A DNA stretch of 64,000 bases from Alphaproteobacteria bacterium (GCA_023150455.1 JAKLKW010000004.1:3197-67196); one strand, 5' to 3'. Counted from the stretch's first letter, positions 38,991-49,252 are shown. Numbers and translations: made by a program. Notes: generated by a model not told the origin, from the sequence alone.

Positions 38991-39751
38991 GCACACCGCT
39001 TCTCTCGGCGCTGGTGGTCGCGCACAACGAGGAGGCGCGCATCGCCGCCTGCCTCGATGCGCTCGGCTTCGCCGACGAGATCGTCGTCGTGCTCGACCGC
39101 TGCAGCGACCGCACGGCCGAGATTGCGCGGCGCTACACCGACCGGCTGCTGCCGGGCGCCTGGGAGTTCGAAGGCGACCGGCGCAACGCCGGCATCGGGC
39201 AATGCCGCGGCCAGTGGGTGCTCGAGGTCGACGCCGACGAGCGCGTCCCGCCCGAGCTCGCCGCGGAGATCCGCGCGACCGTCGCCAGCTCGACGAACGA
39301 CTGGCACGAGATCCCGGTCGACAACTATGTCGGCGAGCGGCTGGTGCGCTACGGCTGGGGCGCCTCGTTCGGCCGCTCGGCCTATGCCGGGCTGTTCCGC
39401 CGCGGCGCCAAGCGCTGGGGGCGCGAGCGCGTGCATCCCAGACTCGCGTTCACCGGCACGAAGGGCGTGCGCCTCGACACGCCGATCCGGCACTATGTCG
39501 ACCGCGACATCTCCGACATGCTGCGCCGGCTCGACCGCTACACCACCGCGCGCGCCCGCGACCTGCGCGAGTCGGGCGACCCGGGCAGCTTCGCCGCCAA
39601 TGTCCGGCGCATCTTCTCGCGCTTCTGGAAGTGCTATGTGGGGCGCAAGGGCTATCGCGAAGGCGGCTACGGATTCCTGATCGCGCTGTGCGCCGGTCTC
39701 TACCCGATCCTGTCCTATCTCAAGGCGACGCTGGAAGAGGACCATCCGTAA
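38987..39751 (+). CDS. Glycosyltransferase family 2 (WaaE/KdtX-like)
   Basis: HNEE, CSDRT, DADER, VHP; ATGA overlap with the upstream gene. Confidence 0.9.
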   Translation: MSTPLLSALVVAHNEEARIAACLDALGFADEIVVVLDRCSDRTAEIARRYTDRLLPGAWEFEGDRRNAGIGQCRGQWVLEVDADERVPPELAAEIRATVASSTNDWHEIPVDNYVGERLVRYGWGASFGRSAYAGLFRRGAKRWGRERVHPRLAFTGTKGVRLDTPIRHYVDRDISDMLRRLDRYTTARARDLRESGDPGSFAANVRRIFSRFWKCYVGRKGYREGGYGFLIALCAGLYPILSYLKATLEEDHP

Positions 39752-40785
39752 TGGCCGACATCGTCATGGCCGACGACGGCATCGCCTTCGACAGCGAGGT
39801 GATGCGCCAGCGTCCGCTCGGCGGCGCCGAGACCGCGCTCACGAGCCTTGCCGAGGCGCTGGCGGCGCGCGGCAACACGGTCACGGTGTGCAACAACTGC
39901 GCGAACCCCGGCGTGCACGAAGGCGTCGCCTGGCGCCGCATCGCCGACGGCCTGCCCGGGCGCGCCGACCTTTATATCGCCAATCGCGGGGACAGGCTGA
40001 TCCTGGCGATGGGGCGGCGCGCGCGCCGCACCGTGTTCTGGATCCACAACCCCGCGCGCTACCTGATGAAGCTGCGCTATCTGTGGAAGCTCGCGTGGAA
40101 GCGGCCGGCGATCGTGTTCTCCGGCCCCAGCCATGTCGCGACCTATCCGCATTGGGCGCCGGGCGAGCGCGTCGTCATTCCCTACGGCATCGCCGACCTG
40201 TTCCGCCACGCGCAGCCCGCCGGCGAGCCGCCGCCGCCGCGCGCCATCTTCACCTCGAATCCCATGCGCGGGCTCGCCTGGCTGCTCGAGCTGTGGGCCT
40301 CGCGCATCCATCCCGGCATGCCGACGGCCGAGCTGCACGTCTTCTCCGGCCCCTCGACCTACGGCGCCGCCGGCCGCGCCAAGGCGGCGGCGATGCAGGC
40401 CGTGCTCGAGCGCGCGCGGCACCTGTCGAACTGCGGCGTGGTGCTGCGCGAGCCGGTGGCGAAATCGGTGCTGGTGGACGAGCTGCGCCAGGCGCGCGTG
40501 ATGCTCTACCGCGGCGATCCCGGCGAGACCTTCTGCCTGGCCGTCGGCGAGGCGCAGGCGGTCGGCGTGCCCGCCGTGGTGCAGCCGATCGGCGCCACGC
40601 CCGAGCGCGTGGTCGACGGCATCACCGGCCACGTCGCCACGGACGACAACGAGTTCGCGGCGGCCGCGGTGCGCCTTCTGGCCGACGATTCGCTCTGGCG
40701 CATGGAGCACCGCGCGGCGCTGGAGCGCCAGCGCGCCTGGGGCTGGGACGATGCGGCGGCGGCGTTCGAACGGCTGATCCCGTGA
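39751..40785 (+). CDS. Glycosyltransferase family 4
   Basis: LGGAE, ETFCLAVGEAQAVGVP; TAATG overlap. Confidence 0.88.
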   Translation: MADIVMADDGIAFDSEVMRQRPLGGAETALTSLAEALAARGNTVTVCNNCANPGVHEGVAWRRIADGLPGRADLYIANRGDRLILAMGRRARRTVFWIHNPARYLMKLRYLWKLAWKRPAIVFSGPSHVATYPHWAPGERVVIPYGIADLFRHAQPAGEPPPPRAIFTSNPMRGLAWLLELWASRIHPGMPTAELHVFSGPSTYGAAGRAKAAAMQAVLERARHLSNCGVVLREPVAKSVLVDELRQARVMLYRGDPGETFCLAVGEAQAVGVPAVVQPIGATPERVVDGITGHVATDDNEFAAAAVRLLADDSLWRMEHRAALERQRAWGWDDAAAAFERLIP

Positions 40786-41828
40786 CCCGGCTGTTCCAGG
40801 CGATCGCCGGCGGCAAGCAGGGCGGAGCCGAGAACTTCTTCGTGCGCCTCGCCGTCGCCTTCGCGCGCGCCGGGCTGGAGCAGCGCGTGGCGATCAGGCG
40901 CAACGCGGCGCGCGCCGCGGCGCTCCGCGCCGGCGGCGTCGAGCCGATCGAGCTCGGCTTCGGCGGCTGGCTCGACTTCGCCACGCGGCCGGCGCTCGCG
41001 CGTGCGATCGGCGCGTTCCGTCCCGACGTGGTGATGACCTGGATGAGCCGCGCGACCGCGCTCTGTCCCGCCGCCGATGCCACCCGGCCCTTCGTCCATG
41101 TCGGGCGCCTGGGCGGATACTACGACCTGAAATACTATCGGCGCTGCGACCACCTCGTCGGCAACACCGAGGACATCGTGGAGCATATCGTCGCCGCCGG
41201 CTGGCCGCGCGAGCGCGCGCATTACCTGCCGAACTTCGTCGACGCCGCGCCGGCGGCCGAGCCCGTCCCGCGCGCCGCCTTCGGCACGCCCGGCCAGGCC
41301 GCGGTGCTGCTGGCACTCGGCCGCCTGCACGTGAACAAGGGCTTCGACGTGCTGCTGCGCGCGCTGGCCACGCTGCCCGACGCCGTGCTGTGGCTGGCCG
41401 GCGCGGGGCCGGAGGAGGCGGCGCTGAAGCGGCTCGCACACGAGCTTGGACTCGGCGAGCGCGTTCGCTTCCTCGGCTGGCGCGACGACGTGGCGGCGCT
41501 GTTCGCCGCCGCCGACGTGTTCGTCTGCCCGTCGCGCCACGAGCCGCTCGGCAACGTGGTGATCGAGGCCTGGGCGCACGGCGTGCCGGTCGTGGCCGCC
41601 GCGGCGCAAGGGCCGGCGGCGCTCGTGCGCGGCGGGGTCAGCGGTCTCCTCGTGCCGGTCGACGACGCGCCGGCGCTCGCCGCCGCGATCAGCCGGGCGC
41701 TGGGCGACGCCGACCTGCGCCGCGCCCTCGTCGCCGCCGGACGGCGCGCCTACGAAGCGGATTTCACCGAGGCCGCCGTCGTGGCACGATACCGCGCCTT
41801 CTTCGACCGCATCACGGAAGGACGCTAG
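40782..41828 (+). CDS. Glycosyltransferase family 4
   Basis: GGAENFF, GRLHVNKG, SRHEPLGNVVIEAW; GTGA overlap. Confidence 0.9.
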   Translation: MTRLFQAIAGGKQGGAENFFVRLAVAFARAGLEQRVAIRRNAARAAALRAGGVEPIELGFGGWLDFATRPALARAIGAFRPDVVMTWMSRATALCPAADATRPFVHVGRLGGYYDLKYYRRCDHLVGNTEDIVEHIVAAGWPRERAHYLPNFVDAAPAAEPVPRAAFGTPGQAAVLLALGRLHVNKGFDVLLRALATLPDAVLWLAGAGPEEAALKRLAHELGLGERVRFLGWRDDVAALFAAADVFVCPSRHEPLGNVVIEAWAHGVPVVAAAAQGPAALVRGGVSGLLVPVDDAPALAAAISRALGDADLRRALVAAGRRAYEADFTEAAVVARYRAFFDRITEGR

Positions 41829-41832
41829 CGCC

Positions 41833-43638
41833 ATGTGCGGCATCGCCGGCCTCATGACGCGGAGCGGCGCGCCGGTCGACCCGGCGATCCTCGACCGCCT
41901 GGCGACGGCGCTCGGCCATCGCGGGCCGGACGGCGAGGGGCGGCACCTCGCCCGCGACGTCGGGCTGATGCAGCGGCGGCTTGCCATCATCGACCTCGTG
42001 ACCGGCGACCAGCCGCTCTACGCGCCGGGCGGCGCCGCGCTCGTCGCCAACGGCGAGATCTACAACTATGTCGAGCTGCGCGCCGCCATGCGCGACGTGA
42101 AGTTCGCCACCGGCTCCGACTGCGAGACGCCGCTGCATCTCTACGAACGGCATGGGCTCGACTATGCGCGGCACCTGCGCGGCATGTACGCGATCGCGAT
42201 CCACGACCCGGCGCGCGACCTGCTGGTGCTGTCGCGCGATCCCTTCGGCATCAAGCCGCTGTGCTACGCCGAGACCGCTGCCGGCCTCGCCTTCGCGTCC
42301 GAGCCGCAGGCGCTGGCCGCCGCGGGCCTGGTCGAGGCCGCGGTCGACCCAGACCGGCGCGCCGAGCTGCTGCAGCTCCAGTTCACGACCGGGGCGGACA
42401 CGATCTTCCGCGGCGTCAAGCGCCTGCTGCCGGGCGAGACCGTCGCGGTCAAGGCCGGCCGCATCGTCGAGCGCCGGCGGATCGCGGCGCTGCCCGAGGG
42501 CGGGCCGGTCGCGACCTCCGAGGCCGCGGCGCTGGCGCGGCTCGACGCGGTGCTCGCGGACAGCGTCAAGGTGCACCAGCGCTCCGACGTGCCCTATGCC
42601 ATGTTCCTCTCCGGCGGCATCGACTCGACCGCGGTGCTGGCGATGATGGCGCGGCTGAACGAGCGGCCGGTCACCGCCTTCACCGCCTGGTTCCCCGGCA
42701 CCGAGGCGCGCGACGAGCGCGCATTCGCCCAGGCGGCCGCGGCGGCCACGGGCGCGCGTCACGTCGAGGTGCCGTTCGACGAGGACGACTTCTGGTCGCT
42801 GCTGCCGGCCGTCGCGGCGGCGATGGACGAGCCGGCGGCCGACTACGCGACGCTGCCGAGCTACAAGCTGGCGCGCGCGGCCGCGCGCGACTTCAAGGTC
42901 GTGCTGTCGGGCGAGGGCGGCGACGAGATGTTCGCCGGCTACGGCCGCTACCGCGACGCGGTGCGGCCGTGGTGGTGGTTCGGCAAGGCGATGCGCCGGC
43001 GCGGCGCGTTCGACGGGCTGGGCGTGCTGCGACGCGAGCCCGAGCGCTGGCGCGACGGCATCGCCGCTTCCGAGCACGCGGCGCGAAACCCCAGGCGCAG
43101 CAAGCTGCAGCAGGCCCAGGCGACGGACTGCGCCGACTGGCTGCCCAACGACCTGTTGACCAAGCTCGACCGCTGCCTGATGGCGAGCGGGCTCGAGGGG
43201 CGCACGCCCTTCCTCGATCCCGAGGTCGCGAAGTTCGCCTTCGCCCTGCCGGATGCCCTGAAGGTGCGCGACGACCTCGGCAAGTGGCTGCTGCGCCGCT
43301 GGGTGCACGAGCGCGTGCCCGCCGCGGACGCCTTCGCGCGCAAGCGCGGCTTCACCGTGCCGGTCGGCGAATGGATCGCCCGGCGCGGGGACGAGCTCGG
43401 CGAGCTGGTGGCGCGCCAGCCGGCGATCGAGGAGATCGCGATCCCCGGCGCCGTGCGCGCGCTCTACGCCAACCCGGTCGGCCGGCGCGGCTTCGCCTGC
43501 TGGGTGCTGCTGTTCTACGCGCTGTGGCACGCGCGCCACGTCGAAGGCCGCCCGATCGCCGGCGACGTGTTCGACGTGCTCGACGCCTATGCGCAAGGCG
43601 CCGGGCCGGCCAGCTCCTTCTCCGCCGTCGGGAAGTAG
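41833..43638 (+). CDS. asnB: Asparagine synthase (glutamine-hydrolysing)-family amidotransferase
   Basis: MCGIAG, HRGPD, NGEIYN, LSGGIDS, LSGEGGDE, KLDR, RTPFLD. Confidence 0.93.
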   Translation: MCGIAGLMTRSGAPVDPAILDRLATALGHRGPDGEGRHLARDVGLMQRRLAIIDLVTGDQPLYAPGGAALVANGEIYNYVELRAAMRDVKFATGSDCETPLHLYERHGLDYARHLRGMYAIAIHDPARDLLVLSRDPFGIKPLCYAETAAGLAFASEPQALAAAGLVEAAVDPDRRAELLQLQFTTGADTIFRGVKRLLPGETVAVKAGRIVERRRIAALPEGGPVATSEAAALARLDAVLADSVKVHQRSDVPYAMFLSGGIDSTAVLAMMARLNERPVTAFTAWFPGTEARDERAFAQAAAAATGARHVEVPFDEDDFWSLLPAVAAAMDEPAADYATLPSYKLARAAARDFKVVLSGEGGDEMFAGYGRYRDAVRPWWWFGKAMRRRGAFDGLGVLRREPERWRDGIAASEHAARNPRRSKLQQAQATDCADWLPNDLLTKLDRCLMASGLEGRTPFLDPEVAKFAFALPDALKVRDDLGKWLLRRWVHERVPAADAFARKRGFTVPVGEWIARRGDELGELVARQPAIEEIAIPGAVRALYANPVGRRGFACWVLLFYALWHARHVEGRPIAGDVFDVLDAYAQGAGPASSFSAVGK

Positions 43639-44015
43639 CGCAGCACGATGCGCCGCGGAAACGCGCGGCGCTTGAAGGTCTCGTACTCGTAGGACGGCAG
43701 GCGCGGGTCGAGGAAGTCCTTGCTCGGGTCCAGCGTCATCGCCGCGCCGTCGAACTGGTAGAACGCGGTCATCGCCGCGTCGCCGGCTTTCGTGCCCTTG
43801 AGGAACAGCCGCGCCTTGCCCACGCCGTAGTCGATCGGCGGGTCGAGGCGCTGCGCGCGCTCGCCCAGCGCAGCAGCGGCCGCGTCCACGCTCATGCCCC
43901 AGCGCAGGCCGGCGAGAACCCCATCGCCGGCGTGCGCCGGCGCGGTCAGCCACAGCATCGATGCAACCAGGCACCGTAATCGCATCCAGCAAGACAGCAG
44001 CGGAATCGACCGCAT
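43587..44015 (-). CDS. Hypothetical exported protein, possibly internally deleted
   Basis: Signal-like LVASMLWLTAPAHA, LRWGMS, protein-like composition; overlaps the asnB 3' end by 52 nt. Confidence 0.5.
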   Translation of the reverse strand: MRSIPLLSCWMRLRCLVASMLWLTAPAHAGDGVLAGLRWGMSVDAAAAALGERAQRLDPPIDYGVGKARLFLKGTKAGDAAMTAFYQFDGAAMTLDPSKDFLDPRLPSYEYETFKRRAFPRRIVLRYFPTAEKELAGPAPCA

Positions 44016-44056
44016 TACGCCGCTTCTTGCGGTGTGAAGCCGGTCACGTTCGGCCT

Positions 44057-45178
44057 TCAGGCGGCCGCGCGCCTCTGCCTCACGCTGTCGGATTTGAGCT
44101 GGCCGCAGGCGGCCAGGATGTCGCGGCCGCGCGGCGTGCGCACGGGGCTGGCGTAGCCGGCGTCGTTGACGACGCGGGCGAATTTCGCGATCTGCTCGTC
44201 GGTCGAGCATTCGAACGGCGCGCGGGGCCAGGCATTGAAGGGGATCAGGTTGACCTTGGCCGGGATGCCGGCGATCAGCTTCACCAGCGCCTTGGCGTCG
44301 GCCACGCTGTCGTTGACGCCCTTCAGCATGATGTACTCGAACGTGATGCGGCGCGAGTTCTTGGCGCGCGGGTAGTCGCGGCAGGCCTTGAGCAGCTCGG
44401 CGATCGGATACTTGCGGTTCAGCGGCACGATGCAGTCGCGGATCTCGTCGGTCACCGCGTGCAGGCTGATCGCGAGCCTGACGCCGAGCTCGACGCCGCA
44501 GCGCCGGATCATCGGCACGACGCCCGCGGTCGACAGCGTGATGCGCCGGCGCGAGATGCCGATGCCCTCGCCGTCCATCACGATGGCGAGCGCCTGGGCG
44601 ACGTTGTCGTAGTTGTAGAGCGGCTCGCCCATTCCCATCATGACGATGTTGGACAGCATGCGCCCGTCCCTGGGCGAGGGCCATTCGCCGAGCTGGTCGC
44701 GCGCGTGCATGACCTGGCCGACGATCTCGCCGGCGGAAAGGTTGCGCACCAGGCGCTGCGTGCCGGTGTGGCAGAAGCGGCAGGTCAGCGTGCAGCCGAC
44801 CTGGCTCGACACGCACAGCGCGCCGCGGTCCTCCTCGGGGATGTGCACGCACTCGACTTCCTGGCCGTCCGCCATCTTGAGCAGCCATTTGCGCGTGCCG
44901 TCGAGCGAATGCTGCGCGCGCGAGACGCCCGGCCGGGTCGCGGCGCAATGTTCGGCCAGCACCTGGCGCAGCTCCTTCGACAGGCTGGTCATGCGCTCGA
45001 AATCGGTCTCGCCGCGGTAGTAGATCCAGTGCCAGACCTGACGGGCGCGGAAGGCGGGCTGACCCAGGCGGGCGAGCTCCGCCTCCAGCTCGGCCCGGCT
45101 CAGGCCCACCAGCTCGATGCGGCCATCCGCCCGGCGGTTGTCCGGTGCGGCCATCAGGGCGTGTTTCTCGGCGCTCAT
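44057..45178 (-). CDS. rlmN: 23S rRNA m2A2503 radical-SAM methyltransferase
   Basis: [33 protein letters not shown]. Confidence 0.97.
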   Translation of the reverse strand: MSAEKHALMAAPDNRRADGRIELVGLSRAELEAELARLGQPAFRARQVWHWIYYRGETDFERMTSLSKELRQVLAEHCAATRPGVSRAQHSLDGTRKWLLKMADGQEVECVHIPEEDRGALCVSSQVGCTLTCRFCHTGTQRLVRNLSAGEIVGQVMHARDQLGEWPSPRDGRMLSNIVMMGMGEPLYNYDNVAQALAIVMDGEGIGISRRRITLSTAGVVPMIRRCGVELGVRLAISLHAVTDEIRDCIVPLNRKYPIAELLKACRDYPRAKNSRRITFEYIMLKGVNDSVADAKALVKLIAGIPAKVNLIPFNAWPRAPFECSTDEQIAKFARVVNDAGYASPVRTPRGRDILAACGQLKSDSVRQRRAAA

Positions 45179-45246
45179 GCCGGCACATATAGTGAATGCC
45201 GGGCCGATCGGCAAAGCCCCATGGCGATCCAGGCGACCGGCCCGGG

Positions 45247-45272
45247 TGATCCGGGACGCCGGCCGGGGCGTA
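45247..45272 (+). promoter_or_regulatory. RpoE (ECF11)-dependent autoregulatory promoter
   Basis: Exact TGATCC-N15-GCGTA, the known Rhodobacter RpoE consensus. Confidence 0.8.
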
Positions 45273-45368
45273 TTTCGCTTGATGATTGCGACCCTTGCCT
45301 TCGACCCGCCGCTGCCATTGCGGCTCCGTCTTGCGGTGCGGCGCAACCCTCGCCAGAGTGTCGCCCGC

Positions 45369-45965
45369 ATGGGTGGGTCATCGGATACCAGCCGGGCCGG
45401 CGGGCCCGCATCGGGCCTCGAGGCTCGGTCGCTCGACGACCTCGTCGTCGACGTCGCCCTGCGCCGCGACCGCCAGGCCTTCGCCCGCCTGTTCGACCAT
45501 TTCGCGCCGCGGCTCAAGGCCTATCTCGCGCGCAGCGGCGCCGACCAGGCGACGGCGGAAGAGGTGGTGCAGGACGTCATGCTGACATTGTGGCGGCGGG
45601 CCGACCAGTTCGACCGCGCCCAGGCCTCGGCCGGCACCTGGATCTACACGATCGCGCGCAACCGCCGCATCGACCTGTTGCGGCGCGAGCGCCGGCCCGA
45701 GATCGACCCGTCCGACCCGCTGCTGACGCCGACGCCCGATCCGGCCGCCGACGATGCGCTGATGGCCGGAGAGCGCGAGCAGCGCCTGCGCGCGGCGCTC
45801 GGCCAGTTGCCGCGCGAGCAGGCGGATCTGCTGCGCATGGCGTTCTTCGACGACAAGCCGCACAGCGCGATCGCTGCCGAGACCCGGCTGCCGCTGGGAA
45901 CCGTCAAGTCGCGGCTGCGTCTTGCCATGGTGCGCCTGCGCAAGGTCCTGAGGGACAATCCATGA
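45369..45965 (+). CDS. rpoE: ECF sigma factor, RpoE/ECF11
   Basis: [29 protein letters not shown]; paired with chrR. Alternative in-frame ATG at 45282. Confidence 0.92.
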   Translation: MGGSSDTSRAGGPASGLEARSLDDLVVDVALRRDRQAFARLFDHFAPRLKAYLARSGADQATAEEVVQDVMLTLWRRADQFDRAQASAGTWIYTIARNRRIDLLRRERRPEIDPSDPLLTPTPDPAADDALMAGEREQRLRAALGQLPREQADLLRMAFFDDKPHSAIAAETRLPLGTVKSRLRLAMVRLRKVLRDNP

Positions 45966-46648
45966 GCGTCTCGACCGCGATCCCGCCGGGCTCCATGCCC
46001 TCGCATCACCCGGACGAGGCGCTGCTGCTGGACTACGCCGCCGGCGCGCTGGGCGAGGCCGAGTCGCTGGCCGTCGCCACCCATCTCGCCCTCTGCCCCG
46101 ACTGCCGGCACGAGGTCGCCGATCTCGAATCGGTCGGCGGCGCCATGCTCGAGGAGATCGAGCCGGCTCCGCTTTCGGGCGACAGCCGCGCCGCCGTCAT
46201 GGCGCGCCTGGACGAGGCGCCGCCGGCCACGCCCCGCCGCCGCCCGGTGCCCGTCGCGCCGGGTGTGGCAGGCTTGCCGCTGCCGGAGCCCTTGCGCAGC
46301 TACCTCGGCGAAACGGGGCCGAGCTGGCGGCGGATCATGGCCGGCGTGGCCGAGCACCAGATCCTGGCGGGTCCCGACGGCTACCGCGCGGTGCTGCTGC
46401 GCATCGAGCCCGAGATCGCCATGCCGGTGCACACGCATCGCGACCGCGAGCACACGCTGGTGCTCGCCGGCGGCTTCACCGACGCGTTCGGGCATTTCCT
46501 GCGCGGCGACTTCAGCTCGACCGACCCGTCGGTCACGCACCAGCCCGTCGCCGACCCGGGCGAACCCTGCATCTGCCTCGCGATCACCACGGCCCCGCTC
46601 CGGCTGACGGGAAGGTGGGCACGATTTCTGAACCCGTTCCTGCGCTGA
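45962..46648 (+). CDS. chrR: Anti-sigma factor ChrR (zinc-binding anti-sigma domain plus cupin)
   Basis: HHP..LLLDYAAG, HLALCPDC, PVHTH..EHTLVL.G, HQP..CICL. Confidence 0.93.
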   Translation: MSVSTAIPPGSMPSHHPDEALLLDYAAGALGEAESLAVATHLALCPDCRHEVADLESVGGAMLEEIEPAPLSGDSRAAVMARLDEAPPATPRRRPVPVAPGVAGLPLPEPLRSYLGETGPSWRRIMAGVAEHQILAGPDGYRAVLLRIEPEIAMPVHTHRDREHTLVLAGGFTDAFGHFLRGDFSSTDPSVTHQPVADPGEPCICLAITTAPLRLTGRWARFLNPFLR

Positions 46649-46704
46649 CCCTGTCCTTCGCCGAACCGCGCTGATCCGCTCCTGCCGATCCGGCTTCGGG
46701 GGCG

Positions 46705-46746
46705 TTGACCTCGGTCAAACGCGTTCGTTCCTGCGCGTGCCATAAT
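46705..46746 (+). promoter_or_regulatory. FNR/FixK-type class II promoter
   Basis: TTGAC-CTCG-GTCAA at 46705-46718, centred -41.5 from a start inferred from the -10 CATAAT at 46741-46746. Confidence 0.6.
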
Positions 46747-46770
46747 GCCCGCGGTAAGCGGAGGTGCGCC

Positions 46771-47301
46771 ATGGATATCCGAACGAGCCTCCTGTCCCTC
46801 GCCGCCGCCCTCGTCGCGGCGGTCGGGGCGGTCGCGGCCGAGCCGGCATCGATCGACCGGTTCGTGGGCCGATTCTACGGCGCCGGCATCGTCGACGAAG
46901 GCGGCGGCGCGCTGCGTCCGAGCGGCATCCGCGAAGCCAGCGTCGTCGTCGGAAAGCTGCCGGATGGCGGGTTCCTGCTGACCTGGAGCGCCATCACCCG
47001 GGTCGAGGCGCTGCACGAGCCGAAGTCCAAGACCACCACGCTGCGCTTCGTGCCCACGGCGAAACCGGGCGTGTTCGTCGCCGCCGGCGAGGCGGGCGCA
47101 CCCGGCCGGCGGACCTGGGCCGAGATCCACGGGGCCACGCTCACCGTCTACGTGATGGACGAGGGCGCCAGCGGAGGGCCGGAGCTGCAGCAATGGGACC
47201 GCAAGGTCGACGGCAACCGGATGGAGCTGACCTATCGCCGCGTGTCGGCGGGCGAGCCCGTCCGCGTCGTCCGCTCGACCTTGGCGAGGGAAGTGGATTG
47301 A
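46771..47301 (+). CDS. Exported hypothetical beta-rich protein
   Basis: GGAGG RBS, signal peptide, alternating beta-strand pattern. Confidence 0.78.
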   Translation: MDIRTSLLSLAAALVAAVGAVAAEPASIDRFVGRFYGAGIVDEGGGALRPSGIREASVVVGKLPDGGFLLTWSAITRVEALHEPKSKTTTLRFVPTAKPGVFVAAGEAGAPGRRTWAEIHGATLTVYVMDEGASGGPELQQWDRKVDGNRMELTYRRVSAGEPVRVVRSTLAREVD

Positions 47302-47443
47302 ACGGCCTGCCGCGCTGCCGCCGTCGTGCCTGCCGCAGCGCTGCGACGCCGACCCAATCCGCGTCGCTTCAAGCTGGACAATTCCCGCTCGTCTCCGGCA
47401 CGCTCGGGGAACCCTTGCGTATCGCTCGACCGGATGGCGGAGC

Positions 47444-48283
47444 TTGGACGTAACGATCTCGGAATGGCGAACCGCGCCGTTCGCGGTGGGCCGCGAGGCG
47501 ATCTTCGCCGTCGGCGACGTCCACGGCTGCGCCGACGAGCTCGCCGCTCTGCTCGCGGCTGTCGGGGTTGCGGCGGTCCCGCATGGTCTGCGCAAGCGGC
47601 TGGTCTACCTTGGCGACCTGATCGATCGCGGGCCGCGCAATCTCGACACCCTGAAGCTGTGGGCCGAGCCGGAAGCGGCGCGCGGAGTCGACGCCATCGA
47701 CCGTCTGATGGGCAACCACGAGCAGCTCCTGCTGCTGGCGATGACCGGCGGCCCGCATGCCGGCAAAGCCGAGTCGATGTGGCTGAGCGAGGCAATGGGC
47801 GGCGGGTGCGTGCTGGCCGAGATGAATGCGGCCACGGGCTCCGCCGCGGAGCGGCCGACCGCGGCGCTGTTCCGGGCCGCGCTCGGCGACGACATCCATC
47901 GCCTGTTCGCTTCCATGCGGTCGCATGTCGCGGTCGGCAACACGATCCTCGTGCACGGCGGCCTCGAGCCCGGCGAGGAACCCGACCAATACCTGGCGCG
48001 GCCTTGGCAGTCGTTCACCGATGCGCGCTGGGCCTGGGTGCATGGCGAGTTCCTGCAATGGCAGGGCGGGTTCGGCGGGCGGATGGTGGTCCACGGCCAC
48101 ACGCCGCCGCACAAGCACCGCGAGCTGACCGGTCAGGAAGACCCGCATCTGTTCGCGTTCGACCGGCTGGGACTCGACGGCGGCACCACGCGCACCGGCA
48201 TCGTCACGGGCGCGCAGATCGAGACCGGGCGCTATCGCATCCTGCGGGCGGGCGTGGCCGCGGCGTTCGCGCCCGCGGCGTGA
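47444..48283 (+). CDS. Metallophosphoesterase (PPP/ApaH-like)
   Basis: GDVHG, GDLIDRG, GNHE, VHGG, HGHT; TTG start. Confidence 0.9.
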   Translation: MDVTISEWRTAPFAVGREAIFAVGDVHGCADELAALLAAVGVAAVPHGLRKRLVYLGDLIDRGPRNLDTLKLWAEPEAARGVDAIDRLMGNHEQLLLLAMTGGPHAGKAESMWLSEAMGGGCVLAEMNAATGSAAERPTAALFRAALGDDIHRLFASMRSHVAVGNTILVHGGLEPGEEPDQYLARPWQSFTDARWAWVHGEFLQWQGGFGGRMVVHGHTPPHKHRELTGQEDPHLFAFDRLGLDGGTTRTGIVTGAQIETGRYRILRAGVAAAFAPAA

Positions 48284-48292
48284 AAGCCTGGC

Positions 48293-49231
48293 CTATCGCG
48301 CCGCCTTCCTCCGGTCCTCGGCCAGCCAGCGGAACAGCTCCTTCATGCGCGCATCGACGAGCGCCTGGCGGTCGCGCCTGCTCCAGTCGTAGAGGCCGGG
48401 CCAGCCGCCGGCGCCTTGCTGTTTCGCCAGCGTTTGGGCGACCGCCTGCGGCGGCTCGGGCGCCGTCGACAGGTCGGGCTGCAGGAAGCGGGAGAAGTTG
48501 TACATGGTCGCGAGCCCGCCGACATCGGCCGACTCGATCGGTCCGGTGACGCCGAGGCGCCGCCCGAACGACATGCGCACCACCGCGTCGATCACCTCGG
48601 GCGCGGCCACGCCGTCGGCCCACAGCGCCCACGCCTCGCGCAGCAGCGCGAACTGCAAGCGGTTGCCGATGAAGCCCTTCACCTCCTTGTCGATGACGAC
48701 CGGGTGCTTGCCGGCGCGCCGGATGAGATCGACCGTGCGATCGACCACCTCGCGCGCGCAATGCGGCCCGCCGCAGACCTCGACCAGCGGGATGAGCTGC
48801 GGCGGATACCAGAAATGCGCGGCGATCACGCGCTCCTTGCGCGCGACCCTGGGCACCAGCGCGCTCGCCGGCTGGCCGCTCGACGAGGCCAGGATCGCCT
48901 CGGGCCGGCAGGTCGCATCCAGCCGCGCGAAGATGCCGATCTTGAGGTCAAGGTCCTCGGTGACCGCCTCGAGCACGAAGTCGGCGGGCTTCGCATCCTC
49001 GAGCACGGTCGACACCGCGACGCGCCCGACGGCGGCGTCGGCCTCGCCCGACGAGACGATGCCATGGGCAACGAAGTCCTTCAGGCTCGCCTTGATGCGG
49101 CCGATCGCCTTCTCGAGGCTTTGCGGGTTGCGGCCGATCATCGTGACCGGATGGCCGGCCATGGCGAAGACCTGCGCCGTGCCGTGTCCGATGATGCCGT
49201 TGCCGACGATGGCGATGCGTTCGCTGCCCAT
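48293..49231 (-). CDS. 3-hydroxyacyl-CoA dehydrogenase family protein
   Basis: GNGIIG, EAVTEDLDLK, HFWYPP..PLVE, GFIGNRLQ. Confidence 0.92.
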   Translation of the reverse strand: MGSERIAIVGNGIIGHGTAQVFAMAGHPVTMIGRNPQSLEKAIGRIKASLKDFVAHGIVSSGEADAAVGRVAVSTVLEDAKPADFVLEAVTEDLDLKIGIFARLDATCRPEAILASSSGQPASALVPRVARKERVIAAHFWYPPQLIPLVEVCGGPHCAREVVDRTVDLIRRAGKHPVVIDKEVKGFIGNRLQFALLREAWALWADGVAAPEVIDAVVRMSFGRRLGVTGPIESADVGGLATMYNFSRFLQPDLSTAPEPPQAVAQTLAKQQGAGGWPGLYDWSRRDRQALVDARMKELFRWLAEDRRKAAR

Positions 49232-49252
49232 GACCTTGTCCCCCAGTTTGTC

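Noticed and set aside
43961-46648. Apparent 895-aa ChrR fusion (likewise the 944-aa ORF at 11487-14321 and the 745-aa ORF at 58256-60493)
   Set aside because: Only the C-terminal parts are real genes with their own starts; the extensions overlap other genes.
46672-46697. Additional RpoE promoters at TGATCC (46672, 4097, 59608)
   Set aside because: No CGTA element at the required spacing.
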